A stretch of DNA of 64,000 bases, from the NCBI GenBank assembly GCA_002296225.1, contig DBHR01000087.1:12976-76975 (forward strand). The letters run 5' to 3'. This stretch comes from Acidobacteria bacterium UBA823. Lineage in GTDB: Bacteria; Acidobacteriota; Vicinamibacteria; Vicinamibacterales; UBA823. The position numbers and the translations under genes were made by a program. The notes beneath the pieces are model-generated. The model saw nothing but the letters and a program-made list of their open reading frames with translations. It was not told where the DNA came from and searched no databases. How positions within the stretch are numbered: the stretch's first letter is position 1; each line of letters begins with the position of its first letter. Below are positions 56,309 through 64,000 of the stretch, one piece after another.

Positions 56309-57195
56309 GTCAGGAACCTGTTCTGGCGGAACACCTGAAGGATGACATCCTCAAACGGCATCTCGGTTTGGGTACGCACATAGCCGAGTTGATACCTGGC
56401 ACAGAACCGTTCGATTTCGTTGCAGAACTCGGCGTAGACCTTTTGATACGCGCTGAGTAATGAGGGAGTGGCGGTGATGTTGTGCATCGAGCCCGTCTCC
56501 GTATCCACCAGTTGCAATTCACCCCTCAGCGCAGGTTCGGCGTCGGTGCGGCTGACAATATGGAGGGCAAAGATGTCATGGTGCGAAAAGCGCAGCAGGT
56601 TGAGCCCGGCCTCAAAGCCGTGCGGATCAAGAAAATCTGAGATGACGACGGCAATGCCGCGCGGGCGCTTACTCCGGCAGAATTTCTCGAACGCTTCTTT
56701 CGCGTTAGTCGTCCCACCTGCCGCGAGCTGGCCCAAGAATCTAAAGACTTTAAAAATCTGCCCCTTACCACGCTGCGATGCGAGCTCACGACCTAGATGG
56801 TCCGTGTAGGGCGCCAGCGTGACACGATCGAGATGGGCGAGGCCGATGTAACAGAGCGCGGCTGCCACCTGGCACGCGTAAGCCAGTTTCGTCGGACGAC
56901 CGTCGGCCATTGATCGGCTGGCGTCGATGAAGAGGTAAATCGGAAGGTCCTGCTCCTCTTCGAAGAGCCGGAGCAGGAGTTTCTCGAGCCGCTGATAAGC
57001 GCGCCAGTCGACTCGCCGAAAGTCATCACCCGGCGCGTAGGCCCGGTGATCGGCGAACTCTAGACCCGACCCGCGTGTTCTGGCGCGGCGCTCGGCGCGG
57101 AACTGGCCAGCGAACGCCCGCTTGGAGACGATGTGCAGGTACTCGAGTTTCTTGAGGAACGCGCCGTCGAACAAAGTGTCTTCCGTGACCATCAA
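56305..57195 (-). CDS. DUF58 family protein (MoxR partner)
   Basis: GSGLEFADHRAYAPGDDFRRVDWRAYQRLEKLLLRLFEEEQDLPIYLFIDASRSM is the canonical DUF58 core. Confidence 0.85.
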   Translation of the reverse strand: MMVTEDTLFDGAFLKKLEYLHIVSKRAFAGQFRAERRARTRGSGLEFADHRAYAPGDDFRRVDWRAYQRLEKLLLRLFEEEQDLPIYLFIDASRSMADGRPTKLAYACQVAAALCYIGLAHLDRVTLAPYTDHLGRELASQRGKGQIFKVFRFLGQLAAGGTTNAKEAFEKFCRSKRPRGIAVVISDFLDPHGFEAGLNLLRFSHHDIFALHIVSRTDAEPALRGELQLVDTETGSMHNITATPSLLSAYQKVYAEFCNEIERFCARYQLGYVRTQTEMPFEDVILQVFRQNRFLT

Positions 57196-57258
57196 GAACT
57201 CTTAGGGGGCGTCGGCCCAGCGCCCTCACGGGCAGACCCAGCGCGCCCCAGTGCCGCG

Positions 57259-58254
57259 TTATTCGGCCGGTTCTGGCGTGTTCGTGAGAACGTCCTGAAG
57301 GATCGTGTCCGGGTCGATCTGCTCGGCCTCGCCTTCGAAGTTCAAGAGCACCCGGTGGCGGAACGCTGGCAGCACCATCGCGCGGATATCCTCGCATGAT
57401 ACGTGGACGCGATTGGCTAATAGCGCCCGGATCTTGCCACCGACGACCAAAGCCTGCGTGCCGCGCGGACTGGCGCCATAGCGGACGTACCGATTCACGA
57501 TCGGCTGCGCGCAGGACGACTTGGGATGGGTTGCCAGCGTCAACCGGATGGCGTACTCCTGAATCGGCTTGGCGATTGGCACCTCCCGCGCCGTCCGGCG
57601 CATTTCCATCAACTGAGCGCCCGTCAGCACGCGCTCGACATCAGGTTCCTCGAACTGCGTGGTTCGATCAAGGATCTCGTGCAGACTCTCCATACTTGGA
57701 TATGTAACCTTCAGCTTCACAAAGAAGCGGTCGAGCTGCGCTTCGGGCAGTGGATAGGTGCCTTCCATTTCGAGCGGATTCTGTGTCGCGAGTACGAAAA
57801 ACGGTAGCTCCAGCTTGTAGGTCTGCTTCCCGACCGACACGCTCTTTTCCTGCATCGCCTCAAGCAACGCCGACTGGGTCTTCGGGGTTGCCCGGTTAAT
57901 CTCGTCCGCCAGCACAATGTTGGCAAATAACGGGCCCTCCTGGAACTCGAGGAATTTTTGGCCGTGCTGTCTCTCCTGCACCACGTTAGTGCCGATGATG
58001 TCGGCCGGCATCAGGTCTGGCGTGAACTGAACGCGAGAGAACTTTAGGTGCAACACATCACTCAGCGTCTGCACGAGCTTCGTCTTCCCGAGTCCGGGGA
58101 TCCCTTCGAGCAGGACGTGGCCGTCCGCGAGCAGACTGGTGAGGAGGCCTCGGACGATCTCCTCGTAACCCACGATCCGCTTGCCGATTTCGCTGGTGAC
58201 GAGCGCGAAGTCGTGCTGGAACTGCTCGATTTGCTGGTCGATTTCAGTGATCAT
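57259..58254 (-). CDS. MoxR-family AAA+ ATPase
   Basis: Walker A GIPGLGKTKLV and Walker B/sensor VLADEINRATPKTQSALLEAMQE. I chose the ATG at 58254 (MITEIDQQ), which overlaps the upstream gene by 11 nt. The ORF track extends to 58332. Confidence 0.92.
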   Translation of the reverse strand: MITEIDQQIEQFQHDFALVTSEIGKRIVGYEEIVRGLLTSLLADGHVLLEGIPGLGKTKLVQTLSDVLHLKFSRVQFTPDLMPADIIGTNVVQERQHGQKFLEFQEGPLFANIVLADEINRATPKTQSALLEAMQEKSVSVGKQTYKLELPFFVLATQNPLEMEGTYPLPEAQLDRFFVKLKVTYPSMESLHEILDRTTQFEEPDVERVLTGAQLMEMRRTAREVPIAKPIQEYAIRLTLATHPKSSCAQPIVNRYVRYGASPRGTQALVVGGKIRALLANRVHVSCEDIRAMVLPAFRHRVLLNFEGEAEQIDPDTILQDVLTNTPEPAE

Positions 58255-59824
58255 GCTGTCCGCGTGGCCCAATAACCTGGAAATAGCGCTTGACGAGGTC
58301 TCGGTATGACAACGGGATTGTATCCTCATCAAGTAGATCAGCCTCGCCGTAGGTAAGAGTCGGCTCGACCGGTTCGTAGTTCAGCTTTGACTCTTCCGCT
58401 TGACTCGGCTGATCGATTAACTGGTCGCCCGGCTCGTCACCGGTCGGCAGCGCAAGGTCCATGATTTCGGGTAGTAGCTCGACCTCCAGGCCGGTCGGCG
58501 CGCCATACTCGATCTCATCCCCCGCACCGGGAACCGAGAGGTCTCCCTGCCCCTTCTCCGACGACTGCGCCCCGGCTTCACCGACTTGCACCGACATCGC
58601 ATCCTGATTCGGCGGTCCCGACTGCGGCGTGCCGGCGGCGGTTTGGTCGCCAGATGCCATCTCTTCTTGGGCCGCCTGAAGTTGGTTCGGATCTTCGGTC
58701 AGCGCCTGCTGCAATTGTTGGAGACTTTGCGCCGCTGCCTCGCGCATCTCCTGCCCCTGCCGTTGCTGGGCAATCTGCTCCAACTCCTGGGCCAATTCCT
58801 CCATCGCCTGGCGGGCTTCCGCCTCGTCGCCTTCCGCGAACTTCTCGGCCGCGGAGGCTAGTTCCTCGGCCAGGTCCTCAAGCCTTCCTTCTGTTTGCTC
58901 GACCATCTGCTCAAGCACAGCCTGGAGTTGCTCCTGCTCAACCTCCGTCATTTGATCGGCCAGCTTACGCAATTCTTCGGCCGCGCGCTCAAGATCGCGG
59001 TCGGACAGCGCGTCTGCAAGTGCTTCGGCATTCGTGGACGCCAGCGTGTTAGCGATGTCCGCCATTAACTCATCGAACTCGACCGAATCGAGCTGGCTAT
59101 CAAGGATCGTCTGCAGTTTTTCGAGTTCCGACAGCGCTTGGTCCTGAGTGAGTCGACCCTGCCGAAGCTCGGCTAGCAACTCCCGTATCTCGGGTGACAA
59201 TTCGGTCCCCTGCGCAACCGCGGCGTCAGCCAGCATCCGCTCAATCTCCGACAGCAGCATCTGATCAGCAGCGGTAAACTCCACGACCGGCGGCGGCCCT
59301 GCTTCTAGCCAGCCGCGGGTCCATGGCAGCGGCAGCAAATTGAGCACGAGGAGTAAGGCCAGTAGCCCACCCGTCGTTCGCGCACGGCGCGGCATCGACC
59401 AGGCATACAACCGGTCGACGTCAAGGTTGGCCGCTGTGCTCGCGGCGCGGTGCAATTGCAACGCAATCCAGCTTGAGGACCGGCCTGCTTGCTGGAACCA
59501 ATAGGCTGTCGTTAACTCGTCGTGCAGGTCGGCCTTACGGTCCACGGCCCCGGCGGCGTCCAGCAACGTCTCTTTCCGAGCGAGCACCGTGAACGCGTAA
59601 CCCGCCAGTCCGAGCACCCACAGTCCCAAGAAGATGAACACGACCGCCCGGCTCATCTCGACGAACCGGTAGAAGACGCTGAGCGCGATCGGCAGAATCA
59701 GTGACAGCGTGAACCCTTGGAGCAGCTCACGCGTGACCCGGGCAAAGCGGAGCCGCCGGGCGATGTGAGTCAGCGTCCGAACAATACACGTCCGATCAGT
59801 GGTCCGGGATTGACTATCGGGCAT
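58244..59824 (-). CDS. membrane protein with a long acidic Gln/Glu/Ala-rich coiled region, first gene of the MoxR operon
   Basis: Three or four N-terminal TM helices, then about 250 aa of low-complexity acidic helix (EQEQLQAVLEQMVEQTEGRLEDLAEELASAAEKFAEGDEAEARQAMEELAQELEQIAQQ). The conserved-looking C-terminus is IPLSYRDLVKRYFQ. Confidence 0.6.
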   Translation of the reverse strand: MPDSQSRTTDRTCIVRTLTHIARRLRFARVTRELLQGFTLSLILPIALSVFYRFVEMSRAVVFIFLGLWVLGLAGYAFTVLARKETLLDAAGAVDRKADLHDELTTAYWFQQAGRSSSWIALQLHRAASTAANLDVDRLYAWSMPRRARTTGGLLALLLVLNLLPLPWTRGWLEAGPPPVVEFTAADQMLLSEIERMLADAAVAQGTELSPEIRELLAELRQGRLTQDQALSELEKLQTILDSQLDSVEFDELMADIANTLASTNAEALADALSDRDLERAAEELRKLADQMTEVEQEQLQAVLEQMVEQTEGRLEDLAEELASAAEKFAEGDEAEARQAMEELAQELEQIAQQRQGQEMREAAAQSLQQLQQALTEDPNQLQAAQEEMASGDQTAAGTPQSGPPNQDAMSVQVGEAGAQSSEKGQGDLSVPGAGDEIEYGAPTGLEVELLPEIMDLALPTGDEPGDQLIDQPSQAEESKLNYEPVEPTLTYGEADLLDEDTIPLSYRDLVKRYFQVIGPRGQHDH

Positions 59825-59906
59825 GAAACGAATACCTAACGATACCCGATCTCGGCGGTAGCGAAAACGGAACTGCCGGCCTTGGCATGACTCACTGCGC
59901 GGTTTT

Positions 59907-60308
59907 TCACGGTACGTAAGCCACGGCGTCGATCTCCACCTTCATTTCGGGAGATGGCAACGCCGCGACCTGCACGGTAGTTCGGGCAGGCCGGTGATTG
60001 TCGAACATCCGCTCATAGACGTCGTTCATTTTTTCGAATTCACCGATATCCGTTAGGTAGACCCCGCACCGGAGCACGTAACACAAACTGGACCCCGATG
60101 CCTCCAGAATCGCCTGAACGTTCTTCAGCACCTGTTCGGTTTGCACTTCCACGGTGGCTGACACAACCTTTCCGGTCGCCGGGTCCGCGGCATCCTGGCC
60201 TGAAACAAAAACGAGGCGCTCGAATCCAACACCTGGCGAGTAAGGGCCGGCCGACTTGGGCAGGTGCTCACTCGTGGCCAGGGTGTGTGCAACGCGGTCG
60301 CTCGTCAT
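59907..60308 (-). CDS. RidA/YjgF family reactive-intermediate deaminase
   Basis: Length 133 aa. AGPYSPGV, FVSGQ and PARTTVQVAALP blocks. Confidence 0.85.
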   Translation of the reverse strand: MTSDRVAHTLATSEHLPKSAGPYSPGVGFERLVFVSGQDAADPATGKVVSATVEVQTEQVLKNVQAILEASGSSLCYVLRCGVYLTDIGEFEKMNDVYERMFDNHRPARTTVQVAALPSPEMKVEIDAVAYVP

Positions 60309-60337
60309 TTCTCACTCCTTCTTTATTCATGCCTTCT

Positions 60338-61084
60338 TCATTCATATGCGGCCAGCGGCAGTTCACGCATCGGAACCTCCGTTAGTGCCGGACCCCAGGC
60401 CTGCCGGTAGGCTTCGACCGACAGTAAACGCTCGACATCATCTTGGCTAAACCAGAGCCGGTCGATCGCAAGGTGCTGCGTCCGATGGGCTCTAAGCGCT
60501 GCTACTTTCCGCTCGCGCCATGGTTCGATGTCGAACACAAAATCAATACCGGGGTGGAGCGCGAGGTCGGCTTGCCGCGCCAGCTCCCACGGTGGCACAG
60601 ACGGTGTCCACAGTAGCCGGTCCACACGATGCGGCTGTCCGTCGCTCGCCCAGCGGCCATCGGCCGCAGCGGCGATCGCATCGGAGGTGAAGCGGCTAAT
60701 CGCAATGTGATCGGGATGCTGGTTCAGCCCATTCGGGTCGAAAGTCACAACGATGTGCGGCCGGAATGCGCGCAGGACCGAAACGAGGTCGGTACGAATC
60801 CGGTCCGGCGCGGCTTCAGCGAGTGCCTTGTCTTTGTAATCCAATACGTGAACTTGCCGGATGTCGAGGATTTCGGCTGCCGCGCGAAGCTCACGCTCGC
60901 GGGTTGCCGGCAGTTCGTCCCGTGTGCAGACGGGCGGGTCACCCACCTTGCCGGCCTGGCCTCGAGTCGCGGTCACAAGCGCCAACTCAGCGCCCGCTGC
61001 GGCACACTGGCAGGCAACGCCGGCCCCGGTAAAGCTTTCGTCATCGGGATGGGCGAAGCTGAACAGGATGCGCGCGCCGCTCAT
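60338..61084 (-). CDS. PIG-L/LmbE family deacetylase
   Basis: N-terminal ILFSFAHPDDESF and a later HPDH motif. Length 248 aa. Confidence 0.8.
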   Translation of the reverse strand: MSGARILFSFAHPDDESFTGAGVACQCAAAGAELALVTATRGQAGKVGDPPVCTRDELPATRERELRAAAEILDIRQVHVLDYKDKALAEAAPDRIRTDLVSVLRAFRPHIVVTFDPNGLNQHPDHIAISRFTSDAIAAAADGRWASDGQPHRVDRLLWTPSVPPWELARQADLALHPGIDFVFDIEPWRERKVAALRAHRTQHLAIDRLWFSQDDVERLLSVEAYRQAWGPALTEVPMRELPLAAYE

Positions 61085-61086
61085 GC

Positions 61087-61956
61087 CTAACTTTTCGATG
61101 GCTTGCGCGCAGCGACCGCCGCCAGCATCTGACCGTCCCGCTCGCCTTCATACGCGCGAAGGACCTCCAGCGACGCGACGAGTTGCTGCAATTCGCCCGG
61201 CTTGAGCAAGTACTCAGGGTTCGTAGAGTGGCCGCGCTCGGCCTGGGCGGTCGTGAAGGTTTCGTAGAGAAGCACCCCGCCGGGTTTGAGTGCACGGCAG
61301 AGCGCAGGAAACAGCGGGCGGTATAGGTAGCGGGCAACCAGCACAAGGTCATATAACGCGTCACCCAAGTCAAGCGAACTGGCTTCCAGATCGACGACGG
61401 CCAGGTCGACCTCGAGAGCGAGCCGCTTCGTGATTTCTCGAAGATCTCCGATCGTCTTCGCATCGCGGTCAACGCCGCGCACCTGCCAGCCAGCAGCCGC
61501 CAGCAACAGCACGTGCCGACCCCGGCCGCAGGCCACGTCGAGCGCGCGCCCTCCGGGCAGCAAGTCGGCATTCTCGATCAGCCACCGAGATGGGCCAGCG
61601 GTCGGCTGCCAATCGTAGGCCCGTTCGCCACGCCACGTGGATATGCCGCCAGAAAGGTTCAGCACGCGCTCGTAGCCGGCCCGCAACAACACCTGCGCGG
61701 CGTGTTGACTACGGATACCGTGTTCGCAGTACACGAGAACGGGTTTATCGTCGCGCGGGACGACGGCTGGCGCCGACGCAACGAGGTCCACGGGCAGGAG
61801 CAGGGCCTGTGGAATGTGTCCAAGCGACGTGAACTCCTGCGGTGTACGGACGTCGAGCAGATGGACCTCGCCCTCGCTGATCAGCCGCTCTGCTTCAGCG
61901 GCGTTGACCTGGCGTGGACGTGGCGTGGTCAGCCCAGGCTCGCCGGGAACAGACAT
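61087..61956 (-). CDS. rhodanese domain fused to a class I SAM-dependent methyltransferase (TehB-like)
   Basis: Rhodanese active-site loop VYCEHGIRS with LNLSGGISTW. This is followed by MTase motif I ALDVACGRGRHVLLLA and motif post-I VRGVDRD. Confidence 0.75.
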   Translation of the reverse strand: MSVPGEPGLTTPRPRQVNAAEAERLISEGEVHLLDVRTPQEFTSLGHIPQALLLPVDLVASAPAVVPRDDKPVLVYCEHGIRSQHAAQVLLRAGYERVLNLSGGISTWRGERAYDWQPTAGPSRWLIENADLLPGGRALDVACGRGRHVLLLAAAGWQVRGVDRDAKTIGDLREITKRLALEVDLAVVDLEASSLDLGDALYDLVLVARYLYRPLFPALCRALKPGGVLLYETFTTAQAERGHSTNPEYLLKPGELQQLVASLEVLRAYEGERDGQMLAAVAARKPSKS

Positions 61957-62103
61957 ACTTTAATCACTCCACCTATTCCAGGATATCCCACACTGAACGT
62001 CGGTGCGACAGTCAGCAGCGTGACTTCAAGAAGGCTGTTCACGCGGTCTTCCGCCAATTTCTAGCGATTGCACGCGGGCCTAGGGCTTGCTAATCTCGTC
62101 GAT

Positions 62104-63015
62104 ATGCGTGTCACGGCCCTGCTCTCCGTTGGGCTCATCAGCCTCGTCTTTGCCACGACCAGCGCCCAGCAGCAAGTGCCGATGTTCCGGTCTGGTACGG
62201 ACATCGTGCCTTTGTATGTAACGGTCACTGACCGCAACGGCCGGTTAGTAGCCAACCTGATCCAGGAAGACTTCGAAATCTACGACAACGAGGTCCAGCA
62301 GGAAATCGTCGTGTTCCGTAACGACGTCCAGCCGATCTCGGTCGTTGTCATGCTCGATACGAGCGCGAGCATGACCGGCAAGCTCAAGCTGCTGATGGCG
62401 GGCGCTGAGCAGTTCCTCATCAGGATGTTACCTGGCGACCAAGGCCGGGTCGGAGCATTTAATGACAAGGTAGAACTCAGTCCTGAATTCACCGGTGACC
62501 GAGACCGCCTCGTCACCGAACTGGGCACACTCGATTTTGGAAACCCAACACGCCTGTATGACGCCATCGCTGCCAGCCTCGATGCCCTACGGGAGATCGA
62601 AGGACGACGTGTGATCCTCGTGTTCACCGACGGCGACGACACGAGCAGCAACGCTAATTCCAACGACGTGCTTGATCGCGCGGTCGCTGAAGAGGTAATG
62701 ATTTACGCCATTGGCCTCCGAGCGGAATATTTTAATGGCGCGCGCATGGTGCGCAGCCGGCCCGACCGTAACTTGCGGAAGTACGCGCAAGAAACCGGCG
62801 GCGGCTACTTCGAACTGCGTAACGACGACGCGCTGGGCTCGACGTTCACCCGCGTCGCGCAGGAACTGCACAGTCAATACGTGATCGGCTTCACGCCGAC
62901 TGCGCTCGACGGCGAACCGCACACGCTCGAAGTACGCCTCAGGAACCCTGGCTTGACGGCGCGCGCGCGCCGCAGCTACATCACCAGTGTCGAGAACCTC
63001 TCGGGATCGCCGTAA
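62104..63015 (+). CDS. VWA domain protein with a VWFA-related N-terminal domain of the acidobacterial type
   Basis: Signal peptide MRVTALLSVGLISLVFATTSAQQQ. FRSGTDIVPLYVTVTDRNGRLVANLIQEDFEIYDNEVQQEI is followed by the MIDAS-like VVMLDTSASM. ATG at 62104. Confidence 0.75.
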   Translation: MRVTALLSVGLISLVFATTSAQQQVPMFRSGTDIVPLYVTVTDRNGRLVANLIQEDFEIYDNEVQQEIVVFRNDVQPISVVVMLDTSASMTGKLKLLMAGAEQFLIRMLPGDQGRVGAFNDKVELSPEFTGDRDRLVTELGTLDFGNPTRLYDAIAASLDALREIEGRRVILVFTDGDDTSSNANSNDVLDRAVAEEVMIYAIGLRAEYFNGARMVRSRPDRNLRKYAQETGGGYFELRNDDALGSTFTRVAQELHSQYVIGFTPTALDGEPHTLEVRLRNPGLTARARRSYITSVENLSGSP

Positions 63016-63109
63016 AACTCAAGGCGATTCCGACTCCTGCGAAATTCCCGACAAACTGTTATCACGTAACCTCCGTTCCGCAAAAAGACAACGAACTCGC
63101 GGTCGCGAC

Positions 63110-63376
63110 CTATAGGGCTCCGCCGGAAATAGCGGGGACGATCTCGATGACATCGCCGTCAGCCAGCGCTCGCTCCCTGGCGCCGTGCAGCACCACCTCG
63201 CCGTTCACCGCGAAGTTCAGCATCAAATCGTCCCACTGGGCACGGAATTCCGGCAGACGCCGGTCGAGCACTTGGACGAGCTCGGCAAGATTCTCGACCG
63301 GCTCGGTGACGGTAAGGGTATCGGTGTCGGCGTCGCCGCCGCGTAAGGTCGTCGGCAAATACACCGTGATCGACAT
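63110..63376 (-). CDS. MoaD/ThiS-family sulfur-carrier-like protein ending in GGAL
   Basis: An 88-aa product from MSITVYLPTTLRGG to DGDVIEIVPAISGGAL, a beta-grasp-type pattern. The ATG lies 2 nt after the AOR stop. The ORF track extends to 63421. Confidence 0.65.
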   Translation of the reverse strand: MSITVYLPTTLRGGDADTDTLTVTEPVENLAELVQVLDRRLPEFRAQWDDLMLNFAVNGEVVLHGARERALADGDVIEIVPAISGGAL

Positions 63377-63378
63377 CG

Positions 63379-64000
63379 CTACGCCGGTCCGGCGAGCACC
63401 GCCTCCAGCTTTTGCCGCCACGTATCGATCGGCACACCTTCGTCACTCAACCTCGAGATCGCATAAAAGCGCGACAGCATGGCGTCGAATTCTCGCCGGT
63501 CGATTTTCTCGGTCTTGTAGGCACCAACCGTGATCTCCTCGTCGAACCACCGCTCGGGCAACGTATCGTCGCTGCGCCGTACACCGAGCCGATGGTTGAT
63601 TAGCCGCTCGACGCCCATGATATTAAGGCCGACCTGGTCGAGTGCGTTGGCATCGAATTTCAGCCCGGTCACATTGGCAATCTGGACAGAAAATTCCTCA
63701 AGCCCTGGTAGCGACGGACTGTTGAAGAGTTTTGTCGTAAACCGGCACATGCCGACGGCATCCCCCACGCCGTAGACGTTCTCACACGCGCGAACCGCCC
63801 GCTCCTTCGTTTCGTAGGCATTCGGCTCACCCGAAACCGGGCCCCCATACAACCTTGCCTTGAAGTTGGGATCGTCGTTGATGCGCGCGTTGATCTCCAG
63901 TGTGGCCCGGTTTCGGAGATGGTCCATGCCACGCGTCGCCACCGCCAGACCGAGCGCGAACGCCTTGAGGATCCGTGAGTCGTGCGGGTCCGACTGCATC
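63379..64000 (-). CDS. aldehyde:ferredoxin oxidoreductase (tungsten AOR) family, C-terminal part; the gene continues beyond the window
   Basis: ATRGMDHLR, GDAVGMCRF and PERWFDE blocks are typical of the AOR C-terminal domains. The frame is open to position 64000. Confidence 0.8.
   Translation of the reverse strand, partial: MQSDPHDSRILKAFALGLAVATRGMDHLRNRATLEINARINDDPNFKARLYGGPVSGEPNAYETKERAVRACENVYGVGDAVGMCRFTTKLFNSPSLPGLEEFSVQIANVTGLKFDANALDQVGLNIMGVERLINHRLGVRRSDDTLPERWFDEEITVGAYKTEKIDRREFDAMLSRFYAISRLSDEGVPIDTWRQKLEAVLAGPA

Noticed and set aside
58560-59120. GAG/CAG/GCC-rich quasi-repetitive stretch
   Set aside because: It is the coding low-complexity acidic helix of the 526-aa membrane protein. 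There is no regular repeat-spacer periodicity.
1-64000. Search for mobile elements, prophage genes, defence systems, CRISPR arrays, and tRNA or rRNA genes
   Set aside because: I saw no integrase, transposase, Cas, restriction or toxin-antitoxin signatures, no repeat-spacer arrays and no tRNA-like cloverleaf candidates in the intergenic regions. Absence judged by eye is not proof. Scans with tRNAscan-SE, Infernal and PADLOC or DefenseFinder would be decisive.

Overview
This is a high-GC, gene-dense bacterial chromosomal window with about 60 protein genes. I recognised no rRNA, tRNA, CRISPR array, transposase or phage genes. My phylum guess is Acidobacteriota-like, based on a VWFA-related protein of the type common in Acidobacteria, a giant duplicated FtsX permease and a Bat/MoxR operon. 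That guess is inference only.

Main content:
1. 18.9-29.1 kb: a complete quinohemoprotein amine dehydrogenase (QHNDH, qhp) locus. It carries dihaem alpha, radical-SAM/SPASM QhpD, subtilisin-like QhpE, ABC exporter QhpF and flavoprotein QhpG. Unusually, the gamma (crosslinked CTQ peptide) plus beta (propeller) gene pair is present as two diverged tandem copies, and the gene order is non-canonical.
2. 0.2-8.1 kb: a tightly packed five-gene operon of unknown product. It encodes a PaaK/F390-synthetase-like adenylating enzyme, an ALDH-superfamily protein, a GT4 glycosyltransferase with an N-terminal CxxC, and an ABC ATPase with a 1141-aa duplicated FtsX permease.
3. 48.3-51.4 kb: a Tat-targeted 2Fe-2S subunit, an FAD subunit, a cytochrome b and an unknown helical protein. 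This looks like a xanthine-dehydrogenase-family electron-transfer module, but no molybdopterin catalytic subunit is present.
4. 51.9-59.8 kb: a MoxR-DUF58-VWA (Bat-like) operon led by a membrane protein with a long acidic coiled region.
5. A SahR-like ArsR-methyltransferase-fold regulator upstream of metH, preceded by a strikingly AT-rich palindromic leader.
6. At the right edge, an aldehyde:ferredoxin oxidoreductase fragment followed by a MoaD/ThiS-like protein ending in GGAL.

The rest is transport, peptidases and housekeeping. Many long antisense ORFs in the track are GC-driven shadows. All family assignments come from motifs read by eye and none are database-verified.
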